A stretch of 64,000 nucleotides of DNA from Takakia lepidozioides (GCA_030704615.1 CM060731.1:39556001-39620000); one strand, 5' to 3'. Counted from the first letter of the stretch, positions 12,301 through 26,104 are shown. Numbers and translations: made by a program. The notes: generated by a model not told the origin, from the sequence alone.

Positions 12301-13987
12301 CTATCATGAGTATCAGAAGACACAAGTACAGTGTCATGAGAGCCTTGAGAGGAATCTGAAACTAACACCACTGATGGTGGCATGAAAGGAACTGATGGAA
12401 TCGATGGAACTAGTGAAGACCCTAAACTTCCTGAACTACCAGATTCAACATCAGAAGGGAATGGCATTGAATCACAAACAAATCTGAGAGGCCAAGCATT
12501 CCCCACATTCCTTGAACTCATAAAGTACTTGTCAAGGAAAGATGGTAATGGCTTCTGTTTTGCAGCAGAATTTGACATGGTTTTGGGGCTCATTGCAATA
12601 GATTCTACACACTAAAGCATAGAGAATGGTCTCTCTCTCACCCAGACTACAACACTCTACAAACATACCTTGCAACTCATATATAGTGAACACTAGTTTG
12701 AGGACCTTATGTGCTGTAATTTCCTTTCTATAGTGTCCAGCAGCATCTTGCCCCATCCTTTTACACATTCCAAGCATGCTCATGCATTCATATTGCACAA
12801 TAAAGCAAAAGGAGGCGGAGGTGAACGCTGTACCTTCATGTAGGTGTTGGGGATCTTCAATTGCTCCATTCCACGCCGCCCAAATCCTCTAGTCGTCAAG
12901 CATTCACCACTCCTTGAGCTGGCCACCCTAAAAAAACTACAATATACAGATCTTAGGCGAAATTTTGAAAGCAAGTTGCGATGAGAGATGGCGATGGTGA
13001 AGCTCCGTAGGGCTGCGCACAGTGGCAACGGCCAAAACCCTGGCGATCCAACAGTCCAGGTCGTGCTGCATGGCGAGATCTCTACCGTTGATCGCGCGGT
13101 GGGGCGACAACCGTTAGATGTAGGGTGGTGGGGAACGTGTATTTCTGGCGCAACTCGCATGTTCCCTGGAGCTTTCTGGCACCAGCCTGTGCACGGGCCC
13201 GCATTTTTGTTTTTTTTCCAAGGATTTTACATAGGGCTCTCGCAGCCCTTTGTTTTTTATCGCTTTTAGGCTCCATTTCGCCTAAAAAAGAAGCGTTGTT
13301 CTGGACATGTCGACCAGACAAAACAAACAAAACAAACAAACTGACTTCCTTCATATATTGATTTTCACCATAGATACTGGGGTAGCCTGAGCCATTGGCC
13401 CAAGTGTCCAGTTTCACGTAAGTCCAAGTGCAATCCCCTATGTATCAACGTGATTGTTCCAGGAGAGCCCATTTTGCTATTTTCCACGAATTTTGTATTT
13501 GAAATTCCATATCTCCCACACCTCCGGTCCAAAAATTATAAAACCAAGTCGATACACCCCTCCTCATGGAGAACTTTCCAACGGTTCCAAGCACGAGGAC
13601 TGGCCCCGCGGTTACGTAGATCTCAACTCTACAAAACAAAACAAACAAATACCTTTCTTCATATATTGGTATATAAATTATTATTATTATTATTATTTAA
13701 AAGAAACCTGGGAGCGACAACCCATAATTACCTGCAGGAGGGGGGGAAATAAACCCCCTTCATTTATGGGCCATGGAGGCACGTGACACGACGAACAAAA
13801 AATATACATTTCTCAATAATTCATGAAAATTATGGGTGATTATGAGTCAGTGGGTGCCATTGAACTTGTAACATTGATTTTATTTTATTTTAACATTGAT
13901 AATATGTAAAGCAGTTTCATTCGGGCCCGATTAATTCTACAGTGGTCCAGGAATTAGCATGGTCCGGGAGTTAAAAGAGGGGGCCAA

Positions 13988-14611
13988 TGTAACGAAATGA
14001 AGGGTCCGAAAATTAAGGATCCCAAGGCGTTACTTGGAAAGGTCAGAAAGACGAAGGCGAATGGCCCAGCCAAAGGGGAGGGCGGGCTGGGCCGCTAGAA
14101 CTTGTGAATAATGAGGGCAAATGTAGGTCCCTGGGTAGAAATAGGGGAAAGTTCTAGAAAAAACGACGGGGCGGTGGGCTCTGGAACATTCTAGAACAAC
14201 CTATGATCTGGAAACTTCTGGAGCTTTGAAGAACGACGACAGGAGTGGTGGCAAGAGGGTGGTGGGCCAGTGAATTGCTCTAGTAGGAGCGTGGAGTGGT
14301 GTAAGATAGGATGGTGGGACCCAGTGGGTTGAGGCTGCTCCAGGACGACTAGGGTAGCAGCTGCTCCAAGACGCCGTAGCGAGCACCCTTTTTAGATATG
14401 TGGTTCAATCAATCCTTCTCTGCTTGAAGGTGCATAGTATAAGTAGATCAAAAATAGGAGTTGTGCTTCAGCTGTAGTTGTCATGACGGCTCGCTACGAC
14501 GTCCTTTATTAGATTAAGGTTGTTCTTTGGAGATTGTGTCATTTGGCTTGGGCTTGCTGGTGAGTGCAACTGAGTTTGTATAGAGTCTGATATCTGACGG
14601 TCTTTTCTACA
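13988..14611 (+). mobile_element. LTR remnant preceded by a polypurine tract
   Basis: PPT AAAAGAGGGGG at about 13974-13984, then TGTA...TACA boundaries; TTCTACA-GTGGT just upstream resembles an LTR end plus PBS remnant. Confidence 0.45.
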
Positions 14612-15094
14612 AAAATTCTATCTCTTGCTATGTAAATTGTTTAAACTGTTTATATTTATATTTATATAGGCGCCGAACCATCAGCTATTTAATGGAAAGC
14701 TCAATAAGTTGTGAGCAGTCACTCCCAGGTTTCTTTTCTAAATTTAAAAAAATAAAATAAATATATATATGCAAAATACTTAGAGAAGACAGAACATTTA
14801 AATGGGGTTTCAAATAAAATTTCAAATTCGTATGTCGTGGATATGTACGTGGTTACTTTGCAAACTAGCATGTTGACTGAGGAATGATGAGGTATCGGCT
14901 GCTAACATGGGAGGAGCAGCTCGACGCATCCTTGGCCAGGAAAGCCAAGAATTGGTAGGCCATCTTCAAAGCGGTCCAGGCTGTACATCAAAGAGTATAT
15001 GTCGCGTGAGGCACATTTGCTTGGGAAGCAAAATAGAATGCAAAATTTAATGATAATATGAAGCTAAGGGCAGATTTTCAAGGAGGTACGTGTT

Positions 15095-16199
15095 CACTAC
15101 ACCATTTGGGGGGCGTTAGTGACGCTCTAGTGACGCCCCTGGCGTCACTAATGGTGATTTTCCGGCCCCGCGGAAATCAAAAATCTGCAACGCCTCAGCA
15201 GATGTATCGCTATGGGGCCGTCGCAGAATGTAAGACTTAATGTAACGCCAGAGGAGTCGCAGATCCAACCCCCCTGAAAAATTCCCAGTTGCGTCGACTA
15301 CGATGCTCCGGGCGTCGCAAAATGGTCATACACAGAAAAAAAACAAAAAAACGTTGTTGTTTGGAGCAAGACCTCTAGATTATACACATAATAAGATACT
15401 TTACACTAATCAACATATCACTTACCGAACTTACACACAAACTCATGATTTAATTGTACATAAGATAGTTATGCGAGCGTAGTTCGTCGCGACCTCAAAG
15501 CGACACTCCTCGCGTCGCTCAAATGTAAATGATGTCACCTGCACTCTCTACTCTAGGAATCAAAAAATGATCAAGTCACTAAGGCGTCGCTACAAATGAG
15601 TTATCAACAAAAAAAAACTCAAATGCGACGCCCTGGGCGTCGCATTCAAAATGCGACGTTATTTTTTATTTTATTTTTTCCACCCTGGGGTACTTGATGT
15701 GACGCTTTTGTTTTGACAAGTCAAAATGCGACGTTTTTGTTTGGTTTTTTTTCTTTTTTCTTTTTTCTTTTTTTTTTCCTCTCCTGGGGTGCTTGATGCA
15801 ACGTTTCTGCGACGCTCTGGGCGTCGCATTAAAATGCCACGTTTTTTGTGTTTTTTTTTTTTTGCTTGATGCCTGGGCGTCGCAGCTGAGCTGCGACGTT
15901 TTTTTTTTTTTTTTTTAAATTTAATTTTTTATAAATTGATCCTGGCGCTCCACTTCAGCCCCCCTTCAATGGCGCAGATTTCACCAAAAAACCCCAAAAT
16001 CCAAAAAAGTTATTAATGTTCAAAGTTTTCAATGGCCCGTTGTAGGCCTAGTGGTCGTTTAAGGGTTAAAGGACTTGGCCAAAATCCACATAAAGTGGAA
16101 TTTGGCAGTATTTTTGCGACGCGTCGCAGGCCTTGGGCGTCGCACGGGAGAGACGCCACGGTGGGTAGGCATCGCAAACCCCCCCCTTTTCCTATAGTG
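15095..16199. mobile_element. Non-autonomous CACTA element (1.1 kb)
   Basis: CACTAC at 15095 and TAGTG ending at 16199; perfect 3-bp TSD GTT; many GCGTCGC/GCGACGC subterminal repeats in both orientations. Confidence 0.9.
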
Positions 16200-17024
16200 G
16201 TTGATGATGAAGACGAAATCTGTGTGAGACGTTTCGAGTAAGGCAGATTTTCAACAAAGCAGCCACTATGGCAATTACAAGCTCATCTTCACGTTGTTAT
16301 GTCAATCCCACAGACTGCATTGTTGCAATGAAATCAAATTGGCCATTATGGAGGAGGAAAACATGTCAAGTTATGTACAAGAGAAAAAACGCCTCCACTT
16401 CACAATTGTTCTCGTATAGGGTACTTCACTCTGTGGGAAGAAACAAAAAAAGTGGTGGTTGGGAAACAACCATCCGTGCATGTAATCTAAAATGATTTAT
16501 GCTTTGTAGACATCAATTAGAAGCCTCGGCATACAAGTACTATTCAAAATTGTCAATGTATGAGTGTCATTGGACAAACCTACGAGATTGACCCAAAGCA
16601 GTGGATGATGACAGTGCTACGAGTAAGAGGTGCCATGCTTATTTCATGCCTTCAAGCTTCATGTCCATTATATGTTTTTGAAAAGCACCTGCAATATATC
16701 ATGTTGGCATTTTCAAGTCTCCCGGGTGGCAAAAACGATGCTATCTCCTGTGATGAGAGCACATATGGTGCAACACCTACTTGTGCACATCAAAATGGTG
16801 TCTACTTGGCCATAAATGCGAACGAATACCCACCTCTTGCATATCATGGCGCACTTTCAGAATCGTTAGAGAGAAGACTCGCGGTTTCGGCACTAAGAGC
16901 CACTTCACGTCATGGCTACTACCCCCTTTCGGGGCTGGGCCTCGAAGTATCTTTATTTCTCCCATAATAGTTCTCAGTACGTTTTCACAAATGTTCTTTT
17001 CTGTACTAGAGAACAGGCCGCCTA

Positions 17025-19762
17025 GGGCAGATTATGCCAACCAAGCCCGTCCTGAGCGAGCCCGAAGGGCGAGCTCAGGGTAGGGCGCGTCTGGCATAAC
17101 CTGCCCCTGTCTTATTGGACCATATATACGATATGTATACGTTCCATATGTGTATACGTCTACACCTATACACAGCTGTAGTTATTGCTGTGATCTCTCA
17201 CCATTTGCTTGTTTTCTATGGCTGCGTTTTCTTTTCTTGTCCGTGGTGGCTATGGCGTCATCATCTCCGCGTGTAGTTTTGGGCAACCTTACGAATACTG
17301 TTGCTACGAATGTTGGTGTGTCTGATCATAATTTTGGAAAACAACCAAATGCGTTTGATCTAGGAATTGATTCAGGCGAAGAAACTCAGGGTTTCGATAA
17401 GCTGCAAAATACTTTACCAGAGAGTAACTCATTTGTAGCCAGAATTGTCTCCTACGATGTTTCGACACCTCCTAGTTTGGAATTTGTGGATGGTCAGAGC
17501 GATCAGTTCACTGAATTCAGCCAGTTCTTTACTGAAGATGGTGAGATTGGAGCACCTATTCCTACCTCAAGAGGTCTTGCAAGCAATATACCATGTGTTT
17601 CAATGATATTGCCAGAACTACCAAACAATTTTGATGAAGATCCCTCGTGGCTTGCTAATGGAGATGAATCCATGTTTCGTGAGAATACTGGTAAATCATA
17701 TGTGTTTCAGATCGAACTTTCTTGTGTTGAAGATAAAGAATCTCCCTCTGGTGGCACCAAATTGCCGTCGATCACTTCTGCTGCAGATGATCTGGAATTC
17801 CTCAAACAAGGTTTCCGACAATTGGAATCTGAAGAGGTTGAGTTGGTCGCACGAAGTGACCATCATAAATCTTTATACATGGAAAAATGGGCACGAAACA
17901 GGTTTGAGGATTGGCGGAAATATACTGGTGTCCCTAATTTGGAGTCTATCGAGGATATGTTTGAAAGAGCTCCAATGGAGCTTGTGGAATTGTTGTCAAC
18001 CTTCATTTTGCAGGTCCAACGAAAGGACAGCAAACTCTACCCGGGGGAGACTCTAGTTGTCCTTCTGTGTTTTTTAGGGCGTATAATCCGCTCAAGACTA
18101 GAACAAAGGAGCGTTGAGACAGGGAAGCCCGTGGAAGAATTCTACATACTTGAGGACCCCCGGTTCAAAAAGGTTTGGGTAGCTTGCACTACATTAGTGA
18201 GACGAACATGTGCAGCCGACATTGGTAGGAAGAGGAAGATTACTAACAGTCTTTCACCTGACCAGGATGTTGCTATTCTAGCACAACCATTTATGGCGCA
18301 CTAATCGTCGGGGCTGTGTGATGAGACTGGCGTTTTATATTGTTGGAATTTTTGCGTGAGAGCGCAACAAGAGCTATACAATTTGTATAGATCTGTAGTG
18401 ATCATGTCGGAAAATTTGTGAGATTCGACGAGAGAGAGACGAAGAACCACAAGATCGACCTGAAGCACAGCCAACCTGGAAAGATGAGACGACCAGTGTC
18501 ATGTTACCATGAAGACCTGATACACATGTTCGAGACTTATTTTGCGCATCAACCGAAATGGACGGCTGAACAACAAGGGCCACATCCATTATTCCTTCGT
18601 GCTATTGACAGTGATCTTTGGGATCCTGGCATGGTAAGTTCATGCTTCACTTTTTAATGTATCTGAAGTTGTGCTTGCAGAGATTTCTTATTGTTTGAAT
18701 GATAACTATATTTTTTCTTATGCGCAGTGGTACTCAAAATATAGAGTTGGCATGAAGACCATCTCCAAGTGGATGAAGCTTATGGTGCAAGATATACCAG
18801 GGTGTGATTCTGGTTATTTTAGCAACAAGACTGCCCGTGTAACAATAGTAACACGTTTGAATGCGATGGGGAGTCCCTCGTGAAATCAGGATGAAACTCA
18901 CTGGTCATACCTCCCGAGAAGGTTTCATGCGCTATGATACTGATGTCGAAGGTGTTGAGATGCAGGCCTTACAGAACATGGCTAGTGCCGTTCCTGGTAC
19001 CGGGGGCACTATAAGTTGGAAGGAAGCCTTAGACTTCGAACGAAACAGATATGACGAGTCTTTGGGGTTTAAGAAGAAGTCATGTATTGAGGCTGGTAAT
19101 AGCTCATTGCAGGTTGACATTGCTGCAAGCTCATCGTCCACATGGCCTGCATCTCCAGATTCTGCAAGATTTTCTTCATTAGGTTTCGGTTGTTTCAGGT
19201 AGTTCCCGTCAAATTCTTCCTTCGTCCCATGAGGGCGGTGTTGTTCACAACAGATTGCAGGCTGGTAATCAAGCATTCATAACAGGATGATTTAAATCTG
19301 AAGAGGATGATTGGTGGTCGTCTCATGATGTTCATGCTGAGATCCACAACCTGATTTTTAAGCGAAGTGAAGTCATCGAGCTGTCAAAAACTTCAAACAG
19401 CATTGGGAATACAGTTTTCCACGGAATATCAATAATTGCACGATTCAGCTTAATGTCCCTGATGTTACAGCAGCTGCGGTACTAGTACATTTAGGCATAT
19501 ACATTTTTAGCCATGATTCTTTGTTCTCCGTGAAGAACGACATTGAGTCAAACGTGATTTTCAAAGTATTCGAAATGAAATACGACATTCAAAAATACAT
19601 TCAGAAGTATATGATCAAAATACATGGTATGTATATTATTATTATATGTTATACATACGGTGCGGATTATGCATGCATAATCGGCCAAGCCGACCGATTA
19701 TGCACAGGATATCTGGCGCACCTATTCAGCTCCACAATAAGCCTCTAAAATGGCATAATCAG
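17025..19762 (+). mobile_element. Crypton-like tyrosine-recombinase DNA transposon (boundaries approximate)
   Basis: DUF3504/YR coding remnant flanked by inverted GATTATGCCA (17030) and TGGCATAATC (19751), with further copies of the motif near both ends; no RT, and no TSD seen. Confidence 0.7.
17252..19202 (+). pseudogene. Crypton-type (DUF3504) tyrosine recombinase, one intron (18634-18727), frameshifted
   Basis: KWARNRFEDWR..LSTFILQVQRKDSKLYP..DPRFK; catalytic-like VRAQQEL, TKNH, WY, SNKTAR, TGH, RYD; GTAAGT...CAG intron joins DPGM to WYSK in frame. Confidence 0.82.
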
Positions 19763-20366
19763 ACAGAGATGCTCGTAACGTATGCATCACATCTATGGTA
19801 TATTTGATAATCAAATCCTACAATCCAGCCTATCCACCATGTTCATAAGGGGTCTCTTCATTGCTGAGCTCCTTCGCAAATTCCAATGGCTAAACATCTG
19901 TATGCAATATAGTTCCACCCGTGGGATTTGTGTGATGCATTAACCCTTAACTGTCAAACCGACCCATTTTGGGTTGGTTAGGTTTCCTTAACCAGCCATA
20001 ACTTCCTGTGGTTAAGGCTGATTGGCCCTTTTTTGGGCTCAATCGACAGATAATCGGGTCCCCCTTGACATGGAATTGGCCAATTGGTCAATCCCTGAAG
20101 GGGTAGGGGTTTGGACCAAATGAAAGGGGGCCCACTCAGTTTTTTTAGGCCATTTTGGCACCCCTAACCTGCCCAAGTTGCTGACATGGCAACTGCAGTT
20201 AGGTTAGGGTGAATGAATGATACCCCATAAAGGGATTTTGCAGCACGCTTCCCCAAACCCACTGATTGCCGGCAGGGGTATGGCGGCCGGCGCAAGTCTA
20301 GGTATTCCCAGGCTTGGACCCTAACCTGAGATCGACGGCGATGTCTGCTCTGGTCAACATGATAGG

Positions 20367-20369
<3 letters not shown>

Positions 20370-20444
<75 letters not shown>
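20370..20444. repeat. (TA)n microsatellite (SINE tail)
   Basis: About 37 TA units. Confidence 0.98.
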
Positions 20445-20445
<1 letters not shown>

Positions 20446-20608
20446 CGCCTCCGAAAGGAGCGTAACTTATGGTGTCTCTTCACCACAATGACTACTGCCT
20501 TCCAGCTGAAAGGTGGGACACCTTCATGACATACCAGACCGTGGTTTGAACCCACAACCACATCCAACATGGTAGGTGCCCATTACCACTGGGCTACATG
20601 CTGGTTGT
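20372..20608 (-). mobile_element. tRNA-derived SINE with a (TA)n tail
   Basis: Minus strand A box TAGCCCAGTGG and B box GGGTTCAAACC; (TA)n tail; 13-bp TSD ATGAT(A/G)GGCTCAT at 20359-20371 and 20609-20621; homologous to 26290-26467. Confidence 0.82.
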
Positions 20609-22084
20609 ATGATGGGCTCATTGCAGGGTGGACTGGAGGGAGTGCAGCCGCGATGGCGACAGAGCTGGCGGCTCTAGAAAACTCCCATGAGGGGTGGGCC
20701 AAACCTAGGCCGGGGGTTTGATAGGGATGAGGGTGGAGTGGGCCCCCATGAAACCAGGGCCGGGTAGCCATAGGAGCTCCCAAACCCCATGCCCTTCTAG
20801 GCTAGGGCTCCAAATATCCTAGGCCTGCATGCTATAACATAGATGAGCCATTTGAAGTCTTGGGCAGGGAACCTAAGGATGCGGTGGCATTGGCCGATTG
20901 GTCTCAATGTTTCGGGGACTTCATCTGAATGCCCATGCCAAGTCAACCGGAGTGATTAGGGATTGACCTGCTGAATTTTCTTGTATAATTTTAGGAAGAG
21001 AGATTTTGGCCTGATGGCATATTTTGATCCCCCAATTTGTCACTACAAAGGAGCCCACTTGAGAACATTTCAGAAAAAACTGAAAATTTATGAGAATGTG
21101 TGTTATCAGGTATGGAACAACAATCTAGAGACTCTAAAAAACAAACAATTAAAACTGCCCAAATACGAGCAAAAAACTGCTTTTTTTGGCACCTAGTTCT
21201 TAGTGGAGATTGTTTTTTGTCCCCACTCTACACTTTATAATCTTCAGATCTGGCAGTTGGATTTTGATGAAACTTTTGGTGGTAGGAGGTGGGGTAGGTG
21301 GGAAGTAATTCCAACGGTCAGTTTTATAGGGACATAGAGATTTTCCAGATAAAAAAGATTTTGCGGGCCAGGGTCGTGTTTTTCCACGAGAGGGTGAAAA
21401 TGAGTTTTGACACTTAAGGGTTAAACATGTGTGCTTGCATTAGAAACACTTAAGATTAACGCAACAATGTGGAATTGAGCAAATATCTTCCAATAGGGCA
21501 ATGTTCACAACACAGATATGCGGATTTTATTTTCTTTTTTCTTTTTTTTCTCGTAAAATTTCAGGCGACGGGGACAGCCAGACGACAATTGGGCGACGGT
21601 GGATATGCGATTTTTATTTTTTTTAGTTTTATTTTTTATTTTTGGGTTTGGGCGACAAGCAAGGCGACAGTTCACAACCGCCGGATGATGGTGGCTATGC
21701 GATTTTGTTTATTATTTATTTTATTTCCTGGTTCTAGCGATTGTTGGGAGAGATTTGGACAACCGTCAAACGGTCATCCAATTTAATAAAAATAAAACAA
21801 AAATGTTGATGTGTAATTTTGCAGTGGACGTGTACTTTTACGCATCACATTTTTCAGCTCTTTGAAAAATTACATTTTATGTCTCAAAACTGACGGGACG
21901 CACACCGTTTCAGTGTCGAGTCCGATAAGATTTGATGTGACTTGACTTCAATGACGCTGAGAACTAGGGCTTTGACCACATGCCAAATGGCGCAATGAGC
22001 TCCAAATTTTTGGGCTTGTTGGAACATGAATGTGGTGGGAATGATAGGTTGGGGATTAAATCAAGCATAAGAGGTGGTTGCAAC

Positions 22085-22789
22085 CCGTGTTGGTCTGGTA
22101 TCTGGGTTTCACCGGGTATCAAACCGGGCCTCTTCTAACCTAACCTACTATTCTCTAATCCGTAAACATTTGTTGTACCCTACCGGAAGGTTCTCGAGTT
22201 CCCCGGCAACCCCCAAACCCTAACAGGTGGCAGTTAGGGTTCTCCTTTTCCCGCCCCCTACCAGAGCTCGACTCGTCACTGCAGGTCTGTTCGGTTATGT
22301 TAATATGCACATATAGACATTATGGATTTAGGGCTAGGGGCATGGGCTAGGGGCATGGGCATATACTAGCTGTTTTGATTATAACAAATGACACTTTGAT
22401 CTTCATTTGCGAGACACTATGGATGCAATTCTGATTCAGTGTATAATTGTATGGGGGTTGGTATCCTATGAGATGAGCAGGTTTCCTTGTGGTTTTCTTG
22501 AATATTCAAATGGCCATTTGAATAGTTCAGATGGCCATTTCAATATTGAATTTGAATTTGAATACTAGTACCATTTTTATTTTATAATATTACCATATCC
22601 GAGTTCATATTTCTAGGTTATTGACATTCAGATACCATTGTCATATCCGGATTGATTTTTTTTTAAAGCCACTCAAAGCATATCAGGTTCATACTTGAAA
22701 AAACTAAGGGCTGCATTATTGGAAAACCTACCTGCCTTCAAAAAATTCAGCACTGCATACCGGGACCCTCCTACACCAGACCAACACTC
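22085..22789. mobile_element. hAT-type MITE
   Basis: TIR core GTGTTGGTCTGGT and ACCAGACCAACAC; perfect 8-bp TSD GTTGCAAC at 22077-22084 and 22790-22797. Confidence 0.9.
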
Positions 22790-25700
22790 GTTGCAACCTA
22801 CTTTGGACCAAAAATGCTCTCACATAGCTGTTTTTTGGAACCTTGATTAATTGTAAATTATCATACTTCTAAATGACAATGTTGATGGTAAAAAGGTCGG
22901 ACTAAGCTATGGAGGCTTAACAACATATATTTTCCTTATTCCAAGTCTCATAACCAAAAAAGAAAATGACTAGAAATTATGGACCTTTTCAAAAGTCCAC
23001 ACGGATATGTTGTAACCCATTTGAAAAGTCATTATGGACTTTTTAAGCAAAACATTCGTAACATAATTCAGAAAAAAGACTTGGCCAAATGTGCATAAGT
23101 TGAAAGATAAAGAATGTAGAAACTAGAACAAAATACTCTTTTTGGTGCCTCCACATAAGCTGATTCCATGAAATCCTTTTTAATAAATAAACTTTAGTCA
23201 TTGAACTTGTTAAGTTTCCGTGGATGAAGGGTCGATCGAAGTCCAATAGACTTTTGGATGTTTTTCTTGGATTATGGACTGAAGATTGCAAGGAAAATGA
23301 AGGACATTCATCTATTTGGCATCGCCGTTCATAATGATCCTATAGTGTCAACTCTATCGATAATGGATGGTTAGATCAATTCAACTAACCCACTGCCTAA
23401 ATTTAATTTGAAAGTTTTTTTTCTATGTTTTGGACTTTATGGACTCATGGTCATGGTGACGCTGATGGCCTTACAAAATTTGTTTGACCAGCTTTCTATG
23501 GGGACACCATATATCAGCTCTGATCTAAGGCCATCTCGGTGCGTAGGATAGACAGCAGTTGCAAGCATCGGGCTCCAACGATCGGTTCCTCGACTTGAGC
23601 TCATCAATATCATGGCTAATTCATGGCAAAAGATGGTGGTTCTAGCTATGCTATGTATGTCGGCGACGTTCAACAAAGCTCAGGCAACAAGTGTACGTCT
23701 GCAACAGAGACGTTGGAAATTGTTACGTCCTCCCTCATGTGTTTTGTTTTTGTTCATCTGATTCGCGTAGTACCACTGCTAGACTTTGATGAACTATGAA
23801 TCATTATTATTGCAAATTTCTTGTACGTTTTGGAGTTTAAATCTGCTACAGAATTCTAATCTGCTCCAGGAACCTGCGATTGTCCATGGCTCTTCATTTT
23901 TTCAGTGTTCTGCAGCTAGCTGCTGACAACATACCTTCATTGGTAATCTTGTAGGGTACTTCCTCGACAAGATTTGCAGTCATCCTTCATGTCTTGTCTT
24001 GTTGTGGATTCTCGATAATCACCCTATCCATTATTGCAAATGCTTTTGGAGTTGGGATGTCATAGATATACATGGTTCTATAGGTATCAGTGTTGTGCGG
24101 AGGTTTAATTTGTTCCACCTCACGCGCCCTCAAATATCCGCGCGACACTGGTAGGTACTTCAGGCACTTTTTGATCAATTTTTACGAACTCGTACCCGCC
24201 CACTACTTGTGGATTTGGGTGAAGTGTGTTGTTGGAATGATAAATATGATCTCGATATGTATCCTAAGTTGATCTACGCATTTATTGTTCCAAATTCCAA
24301 CAGACGAAGATACAGACGATTAATTCATGGATGTGTGTGTATGTTGTGGCATGACCATTCAAAGTAGTGCGGTGGTTTTCTCGCATCTTGCGGCGCACCA
24401 TTCTCGTTTACGGGAAGCATCCTAACGGCCTCCTGCACAAATGTGCAAGGACACAAGGCGATTTCGGGTATAGATCTCAACCCCTATCTAGGCAACACCA
24501 ACGGGGATTTGGTACCGGGATCCGTCTTCGCACGATCGTGCTTAACGATTCCGGGTACTATATACAAGACAGTGTCTCGAACATCAACGGAGCTTTGGCG
24601 TGGAACAGTTGTCGTTGACGCGCTTTGCTTGAATCCACGGCAGTACACGCTGAGGACGAGGAGGTTGCGGATCAAGATTTTGCAGTCGGACGCAGGAAGA
24701 TCCAAGTTCAATCAGACAAACTATAATTTAGTATGATGCATGTACCCATGTCGGTGCTCATATACATGCAATTACATGCTGTTGCATCTATCTAAAGTAC
24801 AGCTGCAATATGTGAGATATTACTTTATTTAGTATTTAGAAAATGATAATAATTATAATTAAAATTTCTCTCAGGGCCAGTCCCCTGTTTATGTTTTAAA
24901 TAAAATAAGATAAAAAATGGTCACTGGTGTTTCCTCTTTTAAATAAAATAAAAGATACTGAGGGAGGTCTTGGAGGATTATTAGTTATGTTTGCTCTGGC
25001 AAACATATTAAACATTTATAAAAATACAACGGTACATTTGTTTTGACTAAATATTCAAATATATCAAGACAAATACAAAATGGAGATGTGTTACACACAT
25101 CTCTTTTGAGAGAGTCGATATGACAATCATTTTGAATGAATTGGCCAACGCCTTTTTATTAAAATAAATAAATAAATAAAATCATTTTGATTTTGATTTT
25201 TTGCATTATGCAACTTAGATAAATACAAGAGATATGTGTATGTAACAAAGAGTGAAATGTACATCTCATTCTTACAGATGACTTCCATATACTTTCAATT
25301 GCCAGTGATGTAAATTTGAAAGCTTGGAGATTGACATGAAGCCAAGAAAAACATGTAACATGTAACACCAACACCACAGGCTGCATTGCATGCAGTGAAC
25401 ACCAACACACATGATGAGCAATATACTTTGCGGAGTCTGGTGGCAATGTCCATGGTTGGGCTGTTTCATACAATAACAGTATGATTGAACTTGACCCATT
25501 CCACTGATCGTTTGATCTGAAGCATTGATATGTCAGAGGGATAAAGAAACAGAGAAAATTCAGCATAATGTGAGACAAAATGATACATGCAACCCTGTCA
25601 ACAGCAGTAGTATTCAATGGAGTCCCCCTTCGACAACCTTTTGGAAGAGAGGTGGTCCACAAACATGTTAGTTACATGAGTGGGCTCTCTAGCTATTGCC

Positions 25701-26104
25701 AATTTTCTCATATATGTTGTTGATCTCTACCTTAGCTTGGTTTAGTTCGAAGCCCACCATAATAGGATGACAAACAGAATATGAGGAGACAAGAAAGTAC
25801 ACTGGAAATTGCTGTCAGATCACTGAATACAGGCGTTGGCTTTCAATCTCCTGTTGAAATTCAAATTGGATCACCCAATGAGGGGCACTTTCAATAGAAT
25901 CAGACTGAGTGCAATTTCCATACCACCACCAGATGTGGCACATCTCCAAGAAGGAGACTTTTGCCTCGAAGGCATGTACTAAAGGCTGAAAAGGCCTATC
26001 ATGGCCTTTCATCTAGAAGAATAGAGGCTGTGTGCTTGGGCAACTGTCCAATTTTTGTACATAGTACCGAGTGTGAGTGAGAGGGAGACAGTTGCCTGTG
26101 TGAG

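Larger units (their letters stand above)
19944..21420. mobile_element. piggyBac-like non-autonomous element
   Basis: TTAA on both flanks (19940-19943, 21421-21424); TIRs CCCTTAACTGTCAAA and TTTGACACTTAAGGG (1 mismatch in 15); non-coding. Confidence 0.8.

Noticed and set aside
12225-13930. Possible gene or MITE remnants right of the CACTA end
   Set aside because: No recognisable domain, TIR pair or TSD could be established by eye
16058-16069. TTTAAGGGTTAA resembling a piggyBac end inside the small CACTA
   Set aside because: Short match with no partner end found
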